Virus record (IMG/VR): IMGVR_UViG_3300020048_000017
Location: 64,001 to 128,000 of that record
DNA: 64,000 nt
From: a virus
Direction: 5' to 3' (one strand)
In this document: positions 17,736 to 27,125 of the stretch, piece after piece
How the letters are laid out: every line of letters begins with the position of its first letter
Position numbering within the stretch: the first letter of the stretch is position 1
Position numbers and translations under genes: made by a program
Notes under the pieces: model-generated
What the model saw: the letters and a program-made list of their open reading frames with translations, nothing else
Database searches by the model: none
Told to the model about the DNA's origin: nothing

Positions 17736-18580
17736 TTCCAACGAGAAAGCTGAACAAAGATAAGTGGAAAGTATTTAGAAGGAACATCTTTTGGAGATTT
17801 CCAAGCTTCGACTCCTGTAAAATCATGCTCCTCCACTTTCGAAAGTTTCTCTTTAAACTCCTCAAAAGTCATCCCAAGCTTTCCGATCTTGTCTTCTAAA
17901 GCACTTGCGGGACCAGCACTAATACTTGTAGTTGCCTCCTCTGGCTTCTCAAAAGCTATCTCATCCTGAGTGACTATATAAACTCTTAGAAAGTTTCTAA
18001 CGGCTCTCCCGAAAGCTCTGTTCGATGCGATGGCAGTTAAATAGTTCGTTCCGAAATCTTTCGAACAATTTCCTACATGGGCATCTGCCGTTCCTGTGTA
18101 TGTCACAGGTTGCATACCTGTTTCGTAATTAGGAGTCCAAACAATCTTGCACTCTACACTAACAAACTCTGGGGAAGAATAAACCACTTTTTCTTCAACG
18201 GAAGTAAACCCTCTAAGGGCTGCTAGTTCTCTATAACCCGTAAGTTTGATAATTAAGTCATCCTCCCGAGCCTTAGCTTTCAGCTCTACAAACTCTTCTT
18301 TAGATAGAGACTCTACATCGATAGGATTTTCTTTCTTTAGAAACTTTTCTCTATTTAAAAGAATGTGTTCTTCAGGGATCATGCCCCTCCAATCGACAAG
18401 CCCCGTTCCTAAAAACTTATACTCCAAGTTTTTTCTCAATCCTTGACTATCAAATTCAATAGAGGGTGCTCTTAGAACTTCCTCTGTAGCTTTAATGGTT
18501 CTTTTTGCTCTGGGAGCTTTTTCCGCAGTCTTCTTAGCGGCGGGTTTTTGCACGGTGGCTTTAGTAGTAGCTTTTCTCAT
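17732..18580 (-). CDS. Rad52/Sak-like single-strand annealing protein (putative)
   Basis: VSVECKI..TYTGTADA..AIASNRAFGRAVRNFL resembles the SSAP core; Lys/Ala-rich N-terminal tail. Confidence 0.5.
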   Translation of the reverse strand: MRKATTKATVQKPAAKKTAEKAPRAKRTIKATEEVLRAPSIEFDSQGLRKNLEYKFLGTGLVDWRGMIPEEHILLNREKFLKKENPIDVESLSKEEFVELKAKAREDDLIIKLTGYRELAALRGFTSVEEKVVYSSPEFVSVECKIVWTPNYETGMQPVTYTGTADAHVGNCSKDFGTNYLTAIASNRAFGRAVRNFLRVYIVTQDEIAFEKPEEATTSISAGPASALEDKIGKLGMTFEEFKEKLSKVEEHDFTGVEAWKSPKDVPSKYFPLIFVQLSRWK

Positions 18581-19728
18581 GGAATAAAAATGTAGTAGTT
18601 GTTGCTATCTTTCCAGAACGTTTCGTCTTTTGTTATAGGTATTTGCATTAGGTTTTCACCCAACGAGTTGAGGGGTAACTTAGCATTTAAATGCCACTCT
18701 GACAAGTAAAATTTTCCACCAGAGCAAAGTATTTTCGATGACTTGACTACGCTATTTGAAAAATCACCTTCTAACATTTCAGGTCTAACTATTTTCTTAG
18801 GCGCGTTGAAACTAAGTAAATCAAACTTCAAATTATCTAGTATGTCGCCGTTTTCTGTCACGACTGTATAATCAATCCCAGACTGGGACACCTCTTCAAC
18901 AAATTTAATATCTACCTCCTCATTAACTTTGTAAAGCATCGTGATTAAGTTTGGCCGGATTGCCCTTAAAGGATTCAGGTCCAATCTCCTATCTGTAATC
19001 AGCGATACTTTCCTGTCCTTGGCTATGTGTGGTAGCATTTCCTGAGAGCCACCTAAGTCTAACCGAATATTCACGATATTGTTAATAAAAAGGTTGTTTG
19101 GAAGAGGGTGGTCCGGAACAACTTCTATGATTGGGTTTTGGTAATTAGGTCCAATGTGTAAAGTTTTTTGTTTTGATTTTGGCAGTCCTAAAATACCTAA
19201 AACTCCATTTGCGATTTCTTCCGGAGTGATATAATTAATGGTTTTCGGGAATTCCTTAGGACTATGGGTTGCCCTGAGCGAATTCCTATGAGAATTAATA
19301 AAGACACTTTTAGGGTGATGGTAAAAAGGTGCGCAAACTTCTGCTAGAGTAGATCCGTATACTGAAACGCTTGGGGAGCCTAGCGCACCAGCGTTGTGAA
19401 CCCACAACGAATCGTTATCGATATGAACTAAGGAGTTAGCTACTACGTAGTTTCCTTGGTAAAGATTTGTTTTGCCTCTCAAGTCCTCACAGTGGGGAAG
19501 GAGTTGTTCCGAATGGGTTCCGATCTGAACAAACTTAACTCCGCTCAACCTCTTCCTGAGAATCTCTATAACCTCGGAAAAGTAATCATAGTTTTTACTT
19601 TCCATACCTGATCCATTATGGATAGATATGTATTCTCCTAAAACGGGGTAGTAACTCTGAAAGGGTTCCACAGGTTTCTCTGGAAGTTTTACTCCGCAGT
19701 TGTTAGCATAAATTTCCGCTAATTTCAT
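18577..19728 (-). CDS. GT9 (heptosyltransferase-like) C-terminal half plus extra domain
   Basis: YISIHNGSG..KNYDYF, FVQIG, DLRGKTNL, HIDNDSLWVHNAGALGSPSVSVYGST. Confidence 0.75.
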   Translation of the reverse strand: MKLAEIYANNCGVKLPEKPVEPFQSYYPVLGEYISIHNGSGMESKNYDYFSEVIEILRKRLSGVKFVQIGTHSEQLLPHCEDLRGKTNLYQGNYVVANSLVHIDNDSLWVHNAGALGSPSVSVYGSTLAEVCAPFYHHPKSVFINSHRNSLRATHSPKEFPKTINYITPEEIANGVLGILGLPKSKQKTLHIGPNYQNPIIEVVPDHPLPNNLFINNIVNIRLDLGGSQEMLPHIAKDRKVSLITDRRLDLNPLRAIRPNLITMLYKVNEEVDIKFVEEVSQSGIDYTVVTENGDILDNLKFDLLSFNAPKKIVRPEMLEGDFSNSVVKSSKILCSGGKFYLSEWHLNAKLPLNSLGENLMQIPITKDETFWKDSNNYYIFIP

Positions 19729-20108
19729 TATAATTCGTTATGTATTTTTAAATGACAGTTTGCACAGACTACCTCGCATTTTTCAATTTCCTTCAGTATT
19801 TTTTTTAAGCTGCACCCTGAAGATAACATCTTTGAGATGCTTGATTCTTTTTCTTCCGAATTCACATGATGGAACTGTAAAACTCTCGGATCGGATTCTG
19901 AGCACAAGTGGCAACCTTTGCTTACTTTATAATTATCTATTTCAAACTTATTTTTTATCCTATTGTCTCTTGCCCAAGACCTTTTATTATCTGAAAAGTG
20001 TCTGGATACAGAGCTTCTAGGTCTATTTAATACAGAGGCTATCTGGACGATAGTTTTCCCTTGAGCTTTTAATTCCTGAACTTCCTCTTTAAACTCATTG
20101 CAACTCAT
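19728..20108 (-). CDS. HNH endonuclease with N-terminal HTH (putative homing endonuclease)
   Basis: IASVLNRPRSSVSRH HTH; CHLC..LQFHH..CEVVCANCH..H. Confidence 0.85.
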   Translation of the reverse strand: MSCNEFKEEVQELKAQGKTIVQIASVLNRPRSSVSRHFSDNKRSWARDNRIKNKFEIDNYKVSKGCHLCSESDPRVLQFHHVNSEEKESSISKMLSSGCSLKKILKEIEKCEVVCANCHLKIHNEL

Positions 20109-21984
20109 TCTTGTCAAGCCCGTTATGAGTATAGTTTGGGAACCTTTGTGTTGCAAAAAATGGTGCGAAGAACATGTCTACCACACCAATATTAGAACCG
20201 ATACCTTCCCAAAGTTGAAAGTTTTCAAACTCTGAAGAGTAAGGGATAAGTTTGTAACCTAGAGGCTTGAATATTTGAAAGTTTTCTGGTTTTGTGCAAA
20301 CGTATATTTCATAATCGGCATAAAGTCTTTTCAAAGAATCTAAGACATTTAAACTGATATAACAATCCCCTAAGCTTTGAGGCATCATGTAACATAATTT
20401 CTTGTTATCGTTTTTCTCAATATAATCTGTCAAAAGCTTTGGACTATTCATGGCGTTATCGTTTTGAGCCTGATTTACAAAAAAATTGTAGATATCTTCT
20501 CTCGACGCGCCATTTTTCATTGACTCAAGCCAATCGTTAACCCCTTTCGAATCTTGAGATTCGTTCATGTTTAAAACCCCAGAATAAATATCTATAAGCC
20601 ACTCTGTGTCATTTTGAATTTCCGGCATCGGATACTCTGGATTTTTCTTTTCCTTTGCAAACTTATAGTCATAAGTATTCTCGGGAAGGTTGTCCACAAA
20701 GTCTTCAAAGAACTTGCCGAATTTTTCATCGCTGAATTCCTTAGTTGCCCACTCAGAACCTTTAAGTCCTTTTAATTTAAAACTTGCGGGATTTTTTTCC
20801 AGCTTTGTCATAAAGTTCTTTATAGACTCCGGTTTAGTGGAAGCTTTGATAAAATTGGAACCAACCTCTCTATAGGTATCGAAACCAATAGAGTATACGA
20901 AGTCCTTATCTGTGTATTCTGTTCCGCAAGAATACGGAACTGTAGCGACTGGTAGTCCAGCCATCATAGCTTCGATGATGGGCATTTCTAATCCTCCAGA
21001 AGTCATTGGGTGGATATAACCATCCATCATGTTATACACAATATTCATTTGCGACTCAGAAATTCCAATTGCTGGATTCGGAGTTACCATGGAGCTAGGA
21101 TGACCACAGGAATAGCAGTTAGTCTGAACTCCTACAAATGGGCTTACTGTAAATACTTTACAATTTGCACAGACATAAGTTGTCAAAACTTTGTCTTGAG
21201 GAATCCCAAACTCTTTTACAAACTCCTGAATATTCCAACCTTGAGACTCTGCCCAGCTAGTGTGTAGTAAAATCTTACCGTTTCCGCCAGCAGCTAGGTA
21301 TTTAGAAAAACCTTCTAAAAGAGATCCTACTAACTTCCTCAACTGATTTCTAAAAACAAAGCCGAAAACTTTTTCATCAGGTTTGATACCTACTGAAGTT
21401 CTGAACTTTTGTCTTTCTTCTTCCTCCATGGGGTGGAAAGCTTTATTTCCCACAGCGCCATAAACAGTCTTGACGTTATCGACGCCCTCTGCTTTTAGAG
21501 CTTTTTCTGCGAAACTTGCCCATACCCAGAAGTTTTCACATTTTTTAGCAGCTTCAATAGCCAAGGGATAAATCGGTAGAGAATCTAGCGTAGTCCAAAT
21601 GACGCAAGGAAATTTGTCCCACCATGGTTTATTCCAATATCCGTTAAATGCCCAGATATCTTCTGCCCCAAGATAAACGTCTGGCTTTTCTAATTCAATA
21701 ACCTTATCGATGTTCCCAGCCCCATAACTTACATGTCTTAAAAGAGCGTGATCTTGGATACCTTCAAGCTCTCTAGGGTTGTCAGGCAACGCTCCGTAGC
21801 ACTTCCATGGGACCTCTTTACAGCGATCATCGGACCAAGTTAAAGGTCCTGCGGCATACTCGACAATATCGTATTTACCAGTTTTCCAGAGGTAAGAAAG
21901 GACGGCTAAGGAATTTCTTCCAAAGCCTGATTTCATTTTGCTCCAGCTCCCGTGTATTAAAATCTTTTTTTTCTTCCCTTCCAT
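20095..21984 (-). CDS. Multidomain GT4 glycosyltransferase (Zn-ribbon insert, DUF4214-like segment, GT9 N-half-like tail)
   Basis: SGFGRNS, FRNQLRK, CANC..CYSC, SGGLEMPIIEAMMAGLPV; C-terminal MPQSLGDCYISLNVLDSLKRLY. Confidence 0.85.
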   Translation of the reverse strand: MEGKKKKILIHGSWSKMKSGFGRNSLAVLSYLWKTGKYDIVEYAAGPLTWSDDRCKEVPWKCYGALPDNPRELEGIQDHALLRHVSYGAGNIDKVIELEKPDVYLGAEDIWAFNGYWNKPWWDKFPCVIWTTLDSLPIYPLAIEAAKKCENFWVWASFAEKALKAEGVDNVKTVYGAVGNKAFHPMEEEERQKFRTSVGIKPDEKVFGFVFRNQLRKLVGSLLEGFSKYLAAGGNGKILLHTSWAESQGWNIQEFVKEFGIPQDKVLTTYVCANCKVFTVSPFVGVQTNCYSCGHPSSMVTPNPAIGISESQMNIVYNMMDGYIHPMTSGGLEMPIIEAMMAGLPVATVPYSCGTEYTDKDFVYSIGFDTYREVGSNFIKASTKPESIKNFMTKLEKNPASFKLKGLKGSEWATKEFSDEKFGKFFEDFVDNLPENTYDYKFAKEKKNPEYPMPEIQNDTEWLIDIYSGVLNMNESQDSKGVNDWLESMKNGASREDIYNFFVNQAQNDNAMNSPKLLTDYIEKNDNKKLCYMMPQSLGDCYISLNVLDSLKRLYADYEIYVCTKPENFQIFKPLGYKLIPYSSEFENFQLWEGIGSNIGVVDMFFAPFFATQRFPNYTHNGLDKNELQ

Positions 21985-22044
21985 ACCTTGTATATGCGAT
22001 GCCTAGAAAATTAGTCAAATTTCAAGATCTTACCAAGGGGAGAT

Positions 22045-22554
22045 TTAGTTAGAAGTTTCCGATGGCCCAGTTTCTCTTTGTTTAGCAGCCTTAACTTGGT
22101 CACTATACATACCACTGAAAACGTGGTCTAGAGAATATCTGAGAAACTCTTTAAGCAATTGGCATTCGTTAAAATCGAAGCCAATCAAAAAGTTTTTCCT
22201 TTCGGAAGTTCCCTCTTGCTTACTAATAGCAAGGCTGAAGCCAATTTGTTTCCCGTCTCTCACATACGGAGAGAAGTTGATTGTGGCAGATCCTTTTGCA
22301 GACGAATGATAGAAACCCTTTTCAGCCGCTGCTGTGTTTTGCTCGATTGCTCGAATTAACGCAGCCGCCTCAATAAGGCTTAGCTTGATATTTACCTTAT
22401 CTCCATTCTTGAAAGAACCTGTAGAGGACTGATTATCCCATCCGGTCTGTTTGACCATCTCGATGAAAATTCCCTTTTTATCTCCCTTTGAATTAAACGA
22501 AAAGTTCGCGAGGGAACCCTTGACTGACTTGGTTGGTTTATAGAACGGTAACAT
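22045..22554 (-). CDS. Hypothetical protein, possible PC4/Whirly-like ssDNA-binding fold
   Basis: Duplicated beta-beta-beta-helix pattern (IFIEMVKQTGWD..VNIKLSLIEAAALI; FSLAISK..FLIGFDFNECQLL); own promoter. Confidence 0.35.
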   Translation of the reverse strand: MLPFYKPTKSVKGSLANFSFNSKGDKKGIFIEMVKQTGWDNQSSTGSFKNGDKVNIKLSLIEAAALIRAIEQNTAAAEKGFYHSSAKGSATINFSPYVRDGKQIGFSLAISKQEGTSERKNFLIGFDFNECQLLKEFLRYSLDHVFSGMYSDQVKAAKQRETGPSETSN

Positions 22555-22596
22555 TGATTTTTAGTGTTTTTTCGCCTGTGGCAATTGATTATGGAT

Positions 22597-22624
22597 ATTA
22601 TAACTTCTATAGTTGATTTGTCAA
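22597..22624 (-). promoter_or_regulatory. sigma70 consensus promoter TTGACA-N16-TATAAT
   Basis: -35 at 22624-22619 overlaps the dnaE-C stop; -10 at 22602-22597; 31/37 nt identical to the 36458 promoter. Confidence 0.8.
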
Positions 22625-23799
22625 CCTTTTAAATCGGCTAATTTCATATATATTTTCTCGTCGAGGAACCTGACCTTCGTGATGATCATACAATCATTCC
22701 ATTTCTTTCCTGATATAATCACTCTAGAGCCGTCCCTAAGCTTTGAGTAGGTATCTCCTTTTACGAATTCAAATACATCTGGTTCGAACATCATACATGC
22801 TACTACGCCTGTATCGTCCTCGATGTCAATTTTCAGATATTGTTTTCCGCTTTTCGCTTTCTGATATTTCATCTCGGCGATTTCGCCACAAATGTGATAG
22901 AAGTATTCGCTACTTTCGGCAAAACCTTTCGCAGAAGTTAATTCCCCAGAATGTGAGTTTTTACAAACCTTTCTGAGTGAAGTTGAATAACTATAACCTA
23001 ACAACTCTTTTTCATACACATAGTTTGCAAATTCTGGAAACGAACTATTTTGCTTAAAGATCTCTCTATATGGAGCCGCCGCAGCCGTTAAAGTCTCCAT
23101 TCTAGAACTTCTGATCATCTGTTTGCCAGCATCAGTTTTCCAGTTAAGCATATCTTTAACAATATCAAACACTGAGTAGTTGTATTCTTCACCATGTTGA
23201 AGTGCATAGTCTTTTTCGCGAAGGGTTAGCAAACCAAACAACTGCGCTTCGTAGACCATGGAAGCTCTTGAGTCGCCACCTCTAAGGTGAGAGTCTAAAG
23301 TCCCCGCTTGGATAAGCGCCGAAATAATCCCGATGTTTAAGCTACAATCTTTCGCAGCTTTAAAAACTTGAAACTTATTCTCTCTTTCTCTTGAAACGAA
23401 GTCTTTAAGACCTCCAATACTTTTGTCAGAGATACCTTTAATGGATTTCAAACCATATCTAATATCAGAACCCTCTTTAGTAAATTCTACTTGTGACTTC
23501 GACAAATCAGGAGGAAGGATCTTAATGTTAAAATAAGAAAGCTCTTTATTAATTAGCGCGATCTCTTCTCTATTATCGCCTTTTTGCTCAGCGGCATTAA
23601 GGCACTCAATAAAGAATTCCTGAGGATACTTATATTTTACGTAAGTGCTCGAAGCCGAGAGTGTCGCGTAAGCGGCACTGTGACTATTTGAAGTTGCCAA
23701 ACCTTCACAATAAAAATTATGATCAGGGTGGTTAACTTCGAAATCCAGAGTCTTCTTTACTCCGATTTTTTTATAATATTTAACTCTAGTAGTTTGCAT
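22621..23799 (-). CDS. dnaE: DNA polymerase III alpha, C-terminal fragment with N-terminal split-intein IntC
   Basis: 38-aa IntC ending TSN, then extein SHSAAYA; ILPPDLSKS, IRYGLKSIKGI HhH, LIQAGTLD, C-terminal OB fold. Confidence 0.92.
   Translation of the reverse strand: MQTTRVKYYKKIGVKKTLDFEVNHPDHNFYCEGLATSNSHSAAYATLSASSTYVKYKYPQEFFIECLNAAEQKGDNREEIALINKELSYFNIKILPPDLSKSQVEFTKEGSDIRYGLKSIKGISDKSIGGLKDFVSRERENKFQVFKAAKDCSLNIGIISALIQAGTLDSHLRGGDSRASMVYEAQLFGLLTLREKDYALQHGEEYNYSVFDIVKDMLNWKTDAGKQMIRSSRMETLTAAAAPYREIFKQNSSFPEFANYVYEKELLGYSYSTSLRKVCKNSHSGELTSAKGFAESSEYFYHICGEIAEMKYQKAKSGKQYLKIDIEDDTGVVACMMFEPDVFEFVKGDTYSKLRDGSRVIISGKKWNDCMIITKVRFLDEKIYMKLADLKG
23686..23799 (-). mobile_element. 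Split intein, C-fragment (38 aa)
   Basis: MQTTRVKYYKKIGVKKTLDFEVNHPDHNFYCEGLATSN|S: block F (D.EV..HNF), terminal Asn, +1 Ser. Confidence 0.92.
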
Positions 23800-24734
23800 T
23801 TTAAATCTTCTTTAAACGAACCGTCGTTAATTTCGGGTTCCCATATTTCTATAATTTTCCATCCGTGACGATCTACACAGAATTTTTTCTTAGCTTTGTC
23901 TCGTCCAAAATTTCTTCTTTGAGTTGCTGTCTTTGGCCCGTTTGGGTATATCCTCGGGTCGATATGGAAATAGCTTCCTTGACATTCGATAGCAACCTTA
24001 ACTTCTGGAAAAGCAAAATCAAACGAATAATATACAAATTGATACTCTTCTTCGATTGCTTGCACAAGGTCTTCTTTTATCTCGGCTAAAAAATCTCGCA
24101 TTTTAACATGAATAGAAGACTCTCTTTTGAAACGCCCTTCTGACCATAGCCTTGCCGTGTTTTCTCTTAGCTTCTTTTTTGTTTCGTCCGAATGTTTGTG
24201 TCCGGTATGTCCGTGAACTTCTCTTTTTTTTCCGGCCTCAGATTGTTTCTTTTTTGTAGCTTCGGAAGTTTTCTGGCCCCTTCTTTTATCAGCTACTTTT
24301 CTAACTCTTTCGTCTGATTTGTCTAAACCTTTATTCCACGACTCTTTTCCATACATTGGGTTGTTTTCACCCATCCTGTCTTTAGATAACTTTTCGCAAC
24401 CCTTTTTAAAACTGGGACAATTTTCTTTATTTACCGCTCCTTTTGCGAAAAGGCTAACAGTTACTCCCTTTCCGCTTACTTTGTATCCCAAATCAGTGTC
24501 TTTAACTTTGCATTTAGGCCAATTAAAGTCATGAAACTTTTTTAAATAATCCTTTAAAGAAAGGTCACAATCTGTTTTTAAATGAAGAATAAATTTATCA
24601 ATATAATATGCTCCATGCGCCCGAGTGGGATACATTTCTATTATGTGAGCTTTAAGCATTCCGCTCGCCAAACACTTATCAAAGATATTTGAAGGTATGA
24701 GCCTGTTTGTTTCAGTTAGTTCAATCTTATTCAC
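23757..24734 (-). mobile_element. Homing endonuclease gene between the split-intein halves (NUMOD3-like repeats + Vsr-like nuclease)
   Basis: NPMYGKESWNKG, GQKTSEATKKKQSE, GHKHSDETKKKLRE repeats; DFAF..VAIECQGSYFH..RDK.K catalytic domain. Confidence 0.85.
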
Positions 24735-24735
24735 G

Positions 24736-26499
24736 CTAAGGAATACACACTATCTCATGGTTGTTCTCGATTATTTCTGATATTTTTCTCATTTGCCCGT
24801 CTTCGCATAGAAATTTATGATCCATAGAGCATCGGATAACTCTTCCGTCCTCCATAGAAAACTCCCATAATTCAGCCTCGCCTTCAATAATGTCGATTAC
24901 CTCTACATAAACGTCCTCGCCCTTTCGAGTATCGTATCCAAGAATTTTCTCCCCAACCGTAATCTCACACATTGTCTTGAGGCCGAGTTCAGAGTCTACC
25001 ACAGAAGAAGGGTCTAAGCATTTATTAAAACTATAATGAGAGGAGTCTTGAAGAACCTTCCATAGAACGTCACCAATCGCTGGGTCCAATCCTTGCTCTT
25101 CGATTTTCTGGCGGATCTTCTCCTGCCAAACTTTGGCTTCTTCGACTTTCTTTTTACCGACGCAACGACGCACGGTTTCAGAGTCTTGTAAAGAGAATCC
25201 AATCTGGTGAACCATCTTCATAAGTTGCTCTTGGAATACTGGTATAGAACCAGTTTCTTTAAGCGTCTCATCAAAATACTCATGGATAGATTCAAATTCT
25301 CCTGTATCTGTATATCTTGCGAATTGATCTACATACGCTAGAGCGCCAGGACGCGCTAATGCAATAACGGAAGATAATTGACTTAAGTTTCTTGGTTTAA
25401 CTTTGTTCAATACTCTAAAGTTACAGTCTGCTCCAATCTGAAATAATCCATAAGGAGTAGGCATTTCTTTTTGGTAGTGTTCGTAGATCTCTGGGTTTTC
25501 TACATCGATCTCGTCATACTTGATACCGATGCGATCACAAACTCTCGCGAGAAGAGTTAAGTCTTGGAGTCCTAACAAATCGACTTTAATACAAAGGATC
25601 TGAGCGTAGTTCATATCGAACGACGAAATCAAATCTCCTTCTTTATTAAGTTCCAAAGGAATAATTTCTTTAAGGATCTTATCATCATAAGCTACTAGAT
25701 AACCAGATGCGTGAGAACTCTTGTTCTTGATCAGCCCCTCGATTTTCTTCGAAATATCAAAGATCCTTGGGTTTTCATCAAAAAACTCTTTAATCTTTTT
25801 GCTCTCTTTGTAAGACTCTTCTACAGTGAAAACTTTACCGAATAATTCAGGAACAGCTTTGGCAAGTTCTTCTGCGGTTTCGTTATTAAAGCCCCCGACG
25901 ATTTTACAACATTCTTTGATAACCGCCCGACCCTTTAGAGTTGAGGTCGTTGAAAGTTTACAACACTTATTAGGATACTTGCTAAACAAATACTCCACAA
26001 CTTTGTGTCTATATTCGTGCGAAATATCGATATCAACATCGGGAGCCATAAGACCGTCGATGTATCTAACTCCGTCAATGATCTCAGACTTAGCCCGAGT
26101 TTCAGAAACGAAACGCTCGAAGTAAAGTTCGTATTCGATAGGGTCAATACCTGTCACGCCAATACAATAAAGCACTAGGGACGCTGGGCAAGAACCCCGC
26201 CCTTTACCTACTGGAATTTTATTCTTTTTGCAGAAATTTAGAATGTCCCAGATTAGAATAATGTAATCTGTGAATCCGGTTTTACGATAAACGTCTAGTT
26301 CGTATTCAAGACGCTCTGTATACTTAGGGTCGTCGATTCCTAAGTTCTTTAGCCCCGCTCTTGAAAGCGACGTAAGGAAGTCCTCGGAATTCACTCCTTC
26401 TTCGACGTTGGCTAAACGATAGTCGTCTACCGTTAGTTCTACCTCTGGTAGTCTGAGACCTTTAATCTGAAGGTCATAATTTTCAAAAGTTGGGATCAT
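24736..26499 (-). CDS. dnaE: DNA polymerase III alpha catalytic fragment (no PHP) with C-terminal split-intein IntN
   Basis: GKGRGS, LYFERF, PDVDID, HASG, KVDLLGL, VFQEQLM, ends YSFNK then CLD intein start. Confidence 0.95.
   Translation of the reverse strand: MIPTFENYDLQIKGLRLPEVELTVDDYRLANVEEGVNSEDFLTSLSRAGLKNLGIDDPKYTERLEYELDVYRKTGFTDYIILIWDILNFCKKNKIPVGKGRGSCPASLVLYCIGVTGIDPIEYELYFERFVSETRAKSEIIDGVRYIDGLMAPDVDIDISHEYRHKVVEYLFSKYPNKCCKLSTTSTLKGRAVIKECCKIVGGFNNETAEELAKAVPELFGKVFTVEESYKESKKIKEFFDENPRIFDISKKIEGLIKNKSSHASGYLVAYDDKILKEIIPLELNKEGDLISSFDMNYAQILCIKVDLLGLQDLTLLARVCDRIGIKYDEIDVENPEIYEHYQKEMPTPYGLFQIGADCNFRVLNKVKPRNLSQLSSVIALARPGALAYVDQFARYTDTGEFESIHEYFDETLKETGSIPVFQEQLMKMVHQIGFSLQDSETVRRCVGKKKVEEAKVWQEKIRQKIEEQGLDPAIGDVLWKVLQDSSHYSFNKCLDPSSVVDSELGLKTMCEITVGEKILGYDTRKGEDVYVEVIDIIEGEAELWEFSMEDGRVIRCSMDHKFLCEDGQMRKISEIIENNHEIVCIP
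24739..25020 (-). mobile_element. Split intein, N-fragment (94 aa)
   Basis: Starts CLDPSSVVDSELGLK (block A), has block B IRCSMDHKF, stop immediately after. Confidence 0.92.
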
Positions 26500-27125
26500 A
26501 TATCGTAAATGTTAATGAATTGTTTCATTACTTTGTAGTTAATAAATACGTCGTAGTCGGCTTTATGTGCGAGCTTCTCGTCAATCTCAATTGAGAACTC
26601 TTTAGCTAAGTCTGTTAATTTATTACTTCTTCCTCTCGTCTGTTGCATGGTAAACTGCCAAGCTAGAAAGTTTTCGAAATCCGGCTTAACGTTTCCTTTG
26701 TAACCTTTAGCTAGTGATAGCGTGTCGATAGAACGCTCTAGGTAATCCCAAGAGTGTTTTGCTCCGCAACCCTTTCTGGCAACTTTATCCATGTAAATAT
26801 CAAAGCCTAAAATATTATGGCCAAAATTAATAATGGAAGGGTCGTCTAAATATTCTGAAAATTCCTCGAATACTTTCTTAGGATCTTCTGCTAGGTCTTT
26901 ATATTTTTCCAAATCAAAACCTGTTACTTTCGCGGCTTCTGGATTCACATTAATATCGTCCCAACGAATATACCTATCGAAAGACTCAATAGTCTTATCC
27001 CCTTTATATAACACGTATGCCAACTGCCAAGGTCTTGAGCGAACTAGGTTGAGGCCTTCTGTTTCCGTATCCCAGCCCAAGTATAATTGGTTGGGAAGGT
27101 TTCTTAAAAAATCTTCTTTAATCAT
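26496..27125 (-). CDS. DEDDh 3'-5' exonuclease (DnaQ/epsilon-like proofreader)
   Basis: WDTETEG (ExoI), GHNILGFD (ExoII), HKADYDV (ExoIII). Confidence 0.9.
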   Translation of the reverse strand: MIKEDFLRNLPNQLYLGWDTETEGLNLVRSRPWQLAYVLYKGDKTIESFDRYIRWDDINVNPEAAKVTGFDLEKYKDLAEDPKKVFEEFSEYLDDPSIINFGHNILGFDIYMDKVARKGCGAKHSWDYLERSIDTLSLAKGYKGNVKPDFENFLAWQFTMQQTRGRSNKLTDLAKEFSIEIDEKLAHKADYDVFINYKVMKQFINIYDI

